Below, in pieces: positions 23,068 to 29,588 of a stretch of DNA of 29,588 nucleotides. The notes under the pieces are model-generated. The model saw nothing but the letters and a program-made list of their open reading frames with translations. It ran no database searches and had not been told where the DNA came from. Positions within the stretch are counted from its first letter, which is position 1. Each line of letters starts with the position of its first letter. The position numbers and the translations under genes were made by a program. The DNA is taken from positions 1 through 29,588 of the IMG/VR virus record IMGVR_UViG_3300033067_001290. One strand, given 5' to 3'. This DNA is from a virus (lineage: Duplodnaviria > Caudoviricetes).

Positions 23068-23931
23068 ATGCTCCCTGATACCTCCATGACGCTTGACGAT
23101 CTTTGCGTCCGCGTCGCGGAGGCGATCGGTTTGGCATCGTACGTCAATCCTGACGACGAGAACGACAACCGGCCCCGGGTTCCGACCGATCCCTACGCCC
23201 TTGACCGCGTGCGCAAGGCCGTGAACGACGCGCAGTCGTACATCGCCCGCAAGTACGCCGGGAAATGGAACTGTCTTCGGCCCGAGTGGTCGCTGCAACT
23301 GAGCGCCGACGGCACGGGTCCGTACAACGTCAACAGTGACGCGGGCGTGTACCGGCTCCCGCGCTGGACCTGCGGAGCCCCGGTTGGGGCATTCAGTGCG
23401 TCGTTGACCGGATCATCCGCGGGCTTCCCCGTGAACGTGACGAACCGGGCGCGCGTGCGCGACCTGCTCAACGCCAACCCCAACGCATCGGGGCGTCCGA
23501 CGCTTGCCGCGATCATCCCCGGTGCCGCACCCGGCGCGAGCCAGGACGATATCTGGTGCTACCTGCTGCACCTGTACCCCAAGCCTTCCGAAGATTACGA
23601 GCTCACGGCGGACTGGCACGTCACGCCCTACCGGATGAAGTACGGGACGGACCGGCACGTCTTCGGGATGCAGCACGATCAGACGATGGTGACGGTCTCG
23701 GTCTGGATCGCTCTCCGCGACGACCGGGCCAACGAGTCTGATCCGTCGGTGCTGGCGATGTGGAAGACCGAGGCGGAACAGGCGATCGCCGAATCGTGGG
23801 CTCTGGACAGCCAGAACCAGCCGCGTTCGCTCGGCAAGCTGATTGACCCCGTGAATCTCGAACTGACGCGCGGCGGCATGGTGGCGGATCGCCAACGCGC
23901 CGCGTTTTACAACGGTGTTTTGCTGAACTGA
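23068..23931 (+). CDS. Putative head-tail adaptor (tail tubular A-like)
   Basis: MTLDDL...VRKAVNDAQ..I...W, GRPT, LHLYPKPSEDYEL: pattern of podoviral adaptor proteins. Confidence 0.65.
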   Translation: MLPDTSMTLDDLCVRVAEAIGLASYVNPDDENDNRPRVPTDPYALDRVRKAVNDAQSYIARKYAGKWNCLRPEWSLQLSADGTGPYNVNSDAGVYRLPRWTCGAPVGAFSASLTGSSAGFPVNVTNRARVRDLLNANPNASGRPTLAAIIPGAAPGASQDDIWCYLLHLYPKPSEDYELTADWHVTPYRMKYGTDRHVFGMQHDQTMVTVSVWIALRDDRANESDPSVLAMWKTEAEQAIAESWALDSQNQPRSLGKLIDPVNLELTRGGMVADRQRAAFYNGVLLN

Positions 23932-23944
23932 CAGGAGGTCTCCG

Positions 23945-24634
23945 ATGGGTGGCACTAGCGCGCAGACGATCAATCGTACGATTCGTGAGACCGTGACGGA
24001 TCGCGGGTTCTTCAAGACCGTTCCGCTCGAACTCTCACTGGCCCGCACCGATGCAAACCCGCCGGCGCTGCTGACGGGCGCGACGACCCCGAAGCACGTC
24101 AACACGGGCGGCGTCAACACGATCCAGTGGGCGGGCGCTTCGGCGACGGCATCGATCGTCGTTCCGTTTTCGCTTCCGTGGGACTACGCCTTTGGCATCA
24201 CCTCGGCGAACAAGCCGGTTCACGGCTCGCTGATCCTGGGGATGCTCATCAAGCGCACGGGCACGAACGCGGACTCGGACACGATCTACTTCGGCGCAAC
24301 GCTCAACGTCATCAACCCGTACGACACGACCAAGGTTGCGTACGACGGCACGGGAACCGCGACGTTCACCAAGTACACCTCGGCGGGCGTGAAGGTTCCC
24401 GGCACCGCGGGCATCGTGCTTACCGGCGGCCTGACGGCGGTGTCGCCCTACGAGCGGTGTGAGATCGACTTCACGGAAATCTTCGGAGCGTCCAACGCGG
24501 TCATCAAGCCCGGCGCAGCGTTGTCGTTCTCGATCGCGGGCAGCGCGACCGGCTCGGATCAATTCGACGTGACCGGCCTGTACGTTTCCTACCGCGCCAA
24601 CGCGGGCGAAACCTCGCGCACCCCGTACCGCTAA
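23945..24634 (+). CDS. Virion structural protein, beta-rich (229 aa)
   Basis: AGGAGGT RBS; G/T/A/S-rich composition; late-operon position. Confidence 0.65.
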   Translation: MGGTSAQTINRTIRETVTDRGFFKTVPLELSLARTDANPPALLTGATTPKHVNTGGVNTIQWAGASATASIVVPFSLPWDYAFGITSANKPVHGSLILGMLIKRTGTNADSDTIYFGATLNVINPYDTTKVAYDGTGTATFTKYTSAGVKVPGTAGIVLTGGLTAVSPYERCEIDFTEIFGASNAVIKPGAALSFSIAGSATGSDQFDVTGLYVSYRANAGETSRTPYR

Positions 24635-24655
24635 ACCGAGAAGGAACCCCCGTGC

Positions 24656-26365
24656 GTGGATCGCAAACGTCTGTCAATCCCCCGTCGTGGCGCGTCCAAC
24701 GCCACGGCGTTCATTGAGGAGCCGGGGGACGTTGCGCCCGTAGAGATCCTGTCGAACGTCCGCGTCTTTGACTCCACCGAGGGTCGGGCGCGTGGTGGAG
24801 TTCGTGAATCGCTGGAACGGCTGTTCCCCGGCACGATCGGCTCGGGCGACGTCCAGGCGTTGAAGGCGATCAGCCTGAGCAGCCAGACCACGGGGTACAA
24901 CCTCGGCGATCAGACGCTCCAAACGAGCGGCACGAGCTTCGTCACGGGCTTCCACTCGGGGAACTTCTGGCGGCTCGACGCGATCCCGTCGATTGAGATC
25001 AAGTACACGGTTGACGTGACGGGCGATGGCGGACCGGCGGCGCAGGCCGTCAACGCCGTGTGCTACTCGCGCGACGGTACAAAGGTCTTTGCCTGCTGCA
25101 ACTATTCGGTCGCGTCCGAAGGGCGTTCCCAGATCGACTGCTACGACTGCGCGACGAACAACCGGATTTGGTCGCACACAATCAAAGAACCGGGCGTCAA
25201 CCGCTTTGTAAACACGATGGTCGCGGGGAACGAGTACCTGTTCGTCTGCACCAACAAGTACATTCGGTGCGTGCGGATCGACACCGGCGCTGCGGTCGGC
25301 GGAAACGAGTACGACCTGTCGGGGTGGTCGAGCGAGACCATCGAGGCCGTCGTCGTTGACGAAGAAGTCGGGAACCCGATCACGGCAGAGACCGAGACGT
25401 TGGAGTTTCTGTACGTCGCGTTTGACGGCGCGACCGCGGCGGGAACCCGGCACGGCGGCGGGGCGATCGACACCGGGATCTACGCGGCGAACTTCCGCGC
25501 TGGCGTGATGAAAATGGGAATCACCACGATTGCCAACCTCCCCAACGTCGGGCCGACCAACCCGGGGATCAACATCACGCGGTGGTCAACGGTGATTTCG
25601 AGCACGAGCCCGTTCTACGAGTCGGACCATCGGTATTTCAGGATCTCGGAGAAGACCGCGGCCTTGGGCTTTGGGTGCCGCGTCAAGGCCATGCGTGCAA
25701 CGCCCGATGGTGGGCTCGTGGTCGCGCGGACCAATCAGGGGTGGGGTCCGACGAGCGCGTACCGACCAAGCCCGACCGAGGCGAGCCCTGACAGCGCGGG
25801 CGTGCCGACCGGCAACCCGTTCGTGTCGGTGTTCAAGATCAGCAAGACCGGCGTTCTCGAATGGGAGAACAACAGCGCCGAATCGATCACCAACAACCCG
25901 TCGGGCGAGGGTGCGTACGCCGGACACCCGCACTTCAACGACATCATCACGCCCAGCTTTGAGGCGATCGCGGTGGCGGCGGACGGATCAATCTTCGTGG
26001 CCGGTCGTCAGAACCAGTACGGGTACTCGGTCTACTGCCTGGAAGCGAACGGCTCTCCGCGCTGGCGTGCGAACGTCGTTCCGTCGGGTGGCACCGCGCA
26101 GGTATTCCAAGCGGCGGCGGCGGTCGATCCCAACGACGGGAATGTCTGGCTGGGCGGCGTGCGGAACAACGTCTGGGACGGTTCGGACCCTGACGGCGCG
26201 GGGCCGATGACGCCGCAGGACGCGCACCTGTTCAAGCTCGACGCACTGACCGGGCGGAACGTCGGTTCGTTCAACCTCGGCGGCGCGGTGTCGGCCCTGT
26301 GTGTGGCCGTGATTCAGTCTGGAACCAATAAGGGGAAACTCGCCTATGGCACGGACTTTATGTAA
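24656..26365 (+). CDS. Beta-propeller virion protein with a nozzle-like N-terminus (569 aa)
   Basis: Blade motifs AVCYSRDGTKVF, AIAVAADGSIFVAG, AVDPNDGNVWLGG, LFKLDALTG; N-terminal NVRVFD...GRARGG.R..L. Confidence 0.7.
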   Translation: MDRKRLSIPRRGASNATAFIEEPGDVAPVEILSNVRVFDSTEGRARGGVRESLERLFPGTIGSGDVQALKAISLSSQTTGYNLGDQTLQTSGTSFVTGFHSGNFWRLDAIPSIEIKYTVDVTGDGGPAAQAVNAVCYSRDGTKVFACCNYSVASEGRSQIDCYDCATNNRIWSHTIKEPGVNRFVNTMVAGNEYLFVCTNKYIRCVRIDTGAAVGGNEYDLSGWSSETIEAVVVDEEVGNPITAETETLEFLYVAFDGATAAGTRHGGGAIDTGIYAANFRAGVMKMGITTIANLPNVGPTNPGINITRWSTVISSTSPFYESDHRYFRISEKTAALGFGCRVKAMRATPDGGLVVARTNQGWGPTSAYRPSPTEASPDSAGVPTGNPFVSVFKISKTGVLEWENNSAESITNNPSGEGAYAGHPHFNDIITPSFEAIAVAADGSIFVAGRQNQYGYSVYCLEANGSPRWRANVVPSGGTAQVFQAAAAVDPNDGNVWLGGVRNNVWDGSDPDGAGPMTPQDAHLFKLDALTGRNVGSFNLGGAVSALCVAVIQSGTNKGKLAYGTDFM

Positions 26366-26660
26366 GTCGCTGGTGGTTGCCGCGCTGTTCTCGCTTGCCG
26401 GTTGCTCGACCTCGTGGAAGCTCGGCCCGCAGGAGCAAGAGGCGATCAAGCAGTCGGCCAACACGGGGCAGGTGATCGGCGATCTGTCGGGCATCCCCGG
26501 CGGCGGACAACTCGGGGCGCTGATCGGCACTCTGGTTGGAACCGTCGGGGCCGGGATCGGCCTGTACCACAAGGGAAAGGACAAGGGCTGGGACGACGCG
26601 GCGGGCAAGCCGGCGCAGGCAAACCCAGTCGTTCCGATCGCAACGGAGGTGAAGTCGTGA
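26346..26660 (+). CDS. Lipoprotein with a glycine-zipper-like hydrophobic segment
   Basis: Signal peptide ending in the LAGC lipobox; GGGQLGALIGTLVGTVGAGIGLY. Confidence 0.7.
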   Translation: MARTLCKSLVVAALFSLAGCSTSWKLGPQEQEAIKQSANTGQVIGDLSGIPGGGQLGALIGTLVGTVGAGIGLYHKGKDKGWDDAAGKPAQANPVVPIATEVKS

Positions 26661-26944
26661 CTCCACCAATCCAGCATTTCAACGACCCCCCGAGCGGGGA
26701 GAACGGTATTTCCGTGCGTGAATGGCTATCCGCGATCAACGAAAAGCTCGATCGCAATGACGAGAAGTTAGACCGCATCCTGCAAAACCTGTACGGCGAC
26801 GGCGACAAGACCGGGCTTTACACGCGCGTGGATCGCCTGGAACAAGCTGAAGTTCGTCGCAACGTCTGGTCTGTCGCGGCGATCACCGCGGCGGTCGGCT
26901 CGGCCATCACCTCGATGTGGTCCTTTGCCTCACACGGGAAGTAA
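26657..26944 (+). CDS. Coiled-coil plus C-terminal TM protein, holin/XhlA-like (95 aa)
   Basis: GGAGGT RBS, GTGA coupling; INEKLDRNDEKLDRI...LYGDGDKTGLYTRVDRLEQ then a hydrophobic helix. Confidence 0.6.
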   Translation: MTPPIQHFNDPPSGENGISVREWLSAINEKLDRNDEKLDRILQNLYGDGDKTGLYTRVDRLEQAEVRRNVWSVAAITAAVGSAITSMWSFASHGK

Positions 26945-29083
26945 ATGGGAACCTGGGCCTGCAATTCGACCACCGGAGTTTGGACCCTCAGCGGTTCGTC
27001 GGTTTCGACCGTCGAAGTTCTGGGGCTCACTCCTACCTCGCCCTTCGCGGTCGTGCTGCAAGTCCTGCGGCCCGAAGACAACGTTGGTGCGACGGTTCCG
27101 ATGAGCCTCGACGGGCAGACCCGTTGGGAATCGATCGTTGATTCCACCAACGTGACGATCTACCAGCGGGCGTTTGGCGCGGCTCGCACGGTGGTTTCGA
27201 CCGGAGCGTCGGACATCCCACCCTCGGGCACGGCGACGACCGCGCACGGGCTCAGCCTGACCGTTCCGTACGAATCGCAGACCCGCGTGTTTGACGGCGT
27301 GGTCGAAGTCTGGTTGAACGGCGTGCGCAAGCTGCGTGTGACGATCCCGGAGGACGATTATTTCGTCACGTCCAACTCCTACGGGCGGCTCCGCTACTAC
27401 GGGTTCTGCTCCGACACTTCCGGCGCGGTGGTCCAGAAGGCAACGCTGGCGACACTCGAAAAGAAGCCCCTGAGCTTCCAGACCGAGGCCCTGATTGCCG
27501 TCTGTGACGGGAACGTCTGGCTTGCCCGCGACGAGACGAGCATCAGCAAGATCGCATCGAACCAGTTTGTTCGCTCGGGCCCGGTATCGCTCGAAGTGCA
27601 AGGCCAGCGTGTGTACGGGCTCGACGGCGTGAACGTCAGGGTGATCGATCCGACGTTGCCGAGCGTCGATCCGGTCGGCGGCACCACGGCGGCGACGGCG
27701 TTCCCGGGCGCAACCGAAGTGTCCCCCGGCGTGTTCCAGACTGGGACGACGCGGATGACCATCATCTCGGCGTTCCTCGATCGTCTGGCCGTTGCGGGCG
27801 ATCCGCAAGACCCGCAGAACGTCTACCTATCCGCGACGGGCGATCCCACGAACTTTGACCTCGGGGCCGACCCTCCGGGCCAGGCGTTCGCGCTGTCCGC
27901 GGCGTACCCCGGTCGCATCGGCGAGCCCGTGACGGCGTTGCAGCAGTCGTCCAAGGGTGTGCTGGTGATCGGCAACCCCAACCAGATTTGGCAACTGACG
28001 GGCGATCCGGCGGTTGTCGCGTTCCCCGACGTTTCTCCGCTCTCGCTCAACATCGGGATCAGCGGAAAGAACGCGATGACGCTGGTGTCCGACGGCGTTC
28101 TCTTGGCCCACTCGCCCAGCGAAGGCTTATTGAAAATCCAGTCTCAAGTGGGCGGGGTGTCCGAACCGACCTCGGTTTCGACGCCGATCCTGACGCAGAG
28201 CATCACGTTCCCGGCGTCCAACCGTGACGACTACCTGACGCAGGTGATCCGTGACCCGGCCCGCAACAACACGCACGTCTTTCTCACGCCCAAGACTTCG
28301 GGCTCGGCGGTGCATTTCTGCTACTCCGAGCGCGTGGGGCAGTTTGTTCCTGGTGCTGGTGGGTTCTTCCCCGATCGGTTCGACGACAGCATCGGGCCTA
28401 CCGCGTCGTGCCTCTGGCGTGGCAAGCTCATCCTGGGCACGCGGTACGGCGCGCTGTTGAAGTTCGGGCGCACGGTCGAATCCAGCGATGACGGAACGGT
28501 GTTTACGAGCCAAATGCCGTTGACGATCCTCGATCTGGAAGGCACGGACAACGACACGATCCTGCACAAAGCCAAGATCACGCTGGCGCTCGATTCGGAC
28601 CCCATCGACTTCCGCGTCTACGGCGGTAGGTCGGTCGAGGACGTGCTGACGGGCTCAGGGCGAACACTGCTTTCTCGCGCGACGGTCAACCCGAACGACG
28701 CGACGACGTTCTGCATGGGCCGCTCGCCCGGTCTTTCGCTCGAAGTTTGGAACACGACGCTGGGCCGCACCTGGGCGCTCGAAGCGGTTGAGGTGTGGGT
28801 CTCGACCGGGCGGATCATGCGGCGGTCCGCGATCAAGACGCGGACACCCGCGGCGTACTGCGAGCCCCCTGCGGTTGTTGCCAGCGATAGCGGCGACTCT
28901 GGACCGGGCGACGGCTCAACGCCCCCGCCGGACGAGCAGTTTTACTGGTTGCCGATCGGCGACGACCTCCCCGGCGGCGTCCCCAACGAGCAGCAACCGA
29001 CGATTCTCCTCGAACAAGGAGCGGCCACCAACCAGCACGATTCGCTCGGAACCTCTTCGGGTTCTGGCGTTGCCATGCCCTGA
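26945..29083 (+). CDS. Tail nozzle / DNA-stabilisation-like protein (P22 gp10 / tubular B-like, 712 aa)
   Basis: FLDRLAVAGDPQDPQNVYLSATGDPTNFD, IGEPVTAL, LVIG..NQIWQLTGDP, LSLNIGISG resemble nozzle propeller motifs. Confidence 0.7.
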   Translation: MGTWACNSTTGVWTLSGSSVSTVEVLGLTPTSPFAVVLQVLRPEDNVGATVPMSLDGQTRWESIVDSTNVTIYQRAFGAARTVVSTGASDIPPSGTATTAHGLSLTVPYESQTRVFDGVVEVWLNGVRKLRVTIPEDDYFVTSNSYGRLRYYGFCSDTSGAVVQKATLATLEKKPLSFQTEALIAVCDGNVWLARDETSISKIASNQFVRSGPVSLEVQGQRVYGLDGVNVRVIDPTLPSVDPVGGTTAATAFPGATEVSPGVFQTGTTRMTIISAFLDRLAVAGDPQDPQNVYLSATGDPTNFDLGADPPGQAFALSAAYPGRIGEPVTALQQSSKGVLVIGNPNQIWQLTGDPAVVAFPDVSPLSLNIGISGKNAMTLVSDGVLLAHSPSEGLLKIQSQVGGVSEPTSVSTPILTQSITFPASNRDDYLTQVIRDPARNNTHVFLTPKTSGSAVHFCYSERVGQFVPGAGGFFPDRFDDSIGPTASCLWRGKLILGTRYGALLKFGRTVESSDDGTVFTSQMPLTILDLEGTDNDTILHKAKITLALDSDPIDFRVYGGRSVEDVLTGSGRTLLSRATVNPNDATTFCMGRSPGLSLEVWNTTLGRTWALEAVEVWVSTGRIMRRSAIKTRTPAAYCEPPAVVASDSGDSGPGDGSTPPPDEQFYWLPIGDDLPGGVPNEQQPTILLEQGAATNQHDSLGTSSGSGVAMP

Positions 29084-29097
29084 TGAAAGGACTCATC

Positions 29098-29562
29098 ATG
29101 CCTCTTGCCTTTACCGCATCGATCAAGCCCGGAACGACCATCACAACCAGCACGTCGGCCAAGACCGTTCTGGCGATCACCGCGGGCTCGCGCGGGGCTG
29201 AGATCAATGAGGTTGCCGTGTCGTTCGACGGCGCGACCTCAACGAACCCGCGCGTTCTCGTCGAAGTCGTGATCGGCACGTCTTTCTCGGCGGCTGGATC
29301 GGGCTCGGCCGCGGCGAACATCTACAAGCACGACCGCAACAGCGGGCAATCGCTGCTCACGGCGACGACGCAGAACTACACCAGCGAACCGACGTACGCG
29401 GCGGAACAGACGCAGTATTCAGACTACCTGCCCCCGTACAGCCCCTACGTCTATCGGTTCGCAAAGCCGATCGTTCTGGCGTCTGGTGAAGTCATGGGCA
29501 TCCGCTGCACTGTCGGCACCGCGGCGAACGTCAAGGCGCACATCACGGGTTCGGAGAACTGA
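29098..29562 (+). CDS. Virion structural protein, beta-sandwich-like (154 aa)
   Basis: GAAAGGA RBS; PIVLASGEVMGIRCTV...VKAHITGSE C-terminus. Confidence 0.65.
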   Translation: MPLAFTASIKPGTTITTSTSAKTVLAITAGSRGAEINEVAVSFDGATSTNPRVLVEVVIGTSFSAAGSGSAAANIYKHDRNSGQSLLTATTQNYTSEPTYAAEQTQYSDYLPPYSPYVYRFAKPIVLASGEVMGIRCTVGTAANVKAHITGSEN

Positions 29563-29588
29563 TGCGACCCGAGCCGCGCACCATCACG
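29562..29588 (+). CDS. Start of the next gene, partial (MRPEPRTIT...)
   Basis: TGATG overlap and GGAG RBS; truncated by the window end. Confidence 0.45.

Larger units (their letters stand above)
1..29588. mobile_element. Tailed bacteriophage or prophage segment (Caudoviricetes, probably podovirus-like); both ends lie outside the window
   Basis: Terminase, portal, scaffold, capsid and nozzle-like genes plus a divergent early module with recombination, methylase and replication genes. No host housekeeping gene, integrase or att site seen. Confidence 0.95.

Noticed and set aside
18383-23137. Long minus-strand ORFs opposite portal, scaffold and capsid (18383-19369, 20427-21305, 21349-22473, 22247-23137)
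   Set aside because: Explained by the strong codon bias of the sense genes; no recognisable domains.

Overview
A GC-rich tailed-phage or prophage segment, probably podovirus-like. The host is probably a Phycisphaerales planctomycete, inferred only from a GC-type dockerin-like gene. The left half (1-15200, all minus strand, mostly ATGA/GTGA-coupled) is the early region. It encodes an RHH-like regulator, a sigma/LuxR-type HTH protein, an ExoVIII-like nuclease with a RecT-like annealase, a SNF2-like helicase, an amino-MTase, a C5-MTase, a stand-alone DnaA C-terminal domain, DUF1643, a replication initiator with 11-bp iterons and a RuvC-like resolvase. The right half (15576-29588, plus strand) is morphogenesis: terS, portal, FmdB zinc ribbon, scaffold, major capsid, adaptor and nozzle-like proteins, a lipoprotein and a holin-like gene. 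No integrase, reverse transcriptase, CRISPR array or endolysin is visible. The most unusual observations are: (1) two back-to-back tRNA-shaped RNAs with remodelled anticodon arms, between two micro membrane-protein ORFs absent from the ORF track; (2) a dual-coding C5-methyltransferase whose motif IX lies in a nested +1-frame ORF; (3) a large terminase gene inverted relative to terS and portal; (4) a host-type dockerin-like gene coupled to a sigma-like gene; (5) a nozzle-like protein apparently split around two membrane genes; (6) a perfect in-frame 108-bp-period duplication in recT; (7) several apparently leaderless promoters. All family assignments come from motif recognition by eye; no database search was run.
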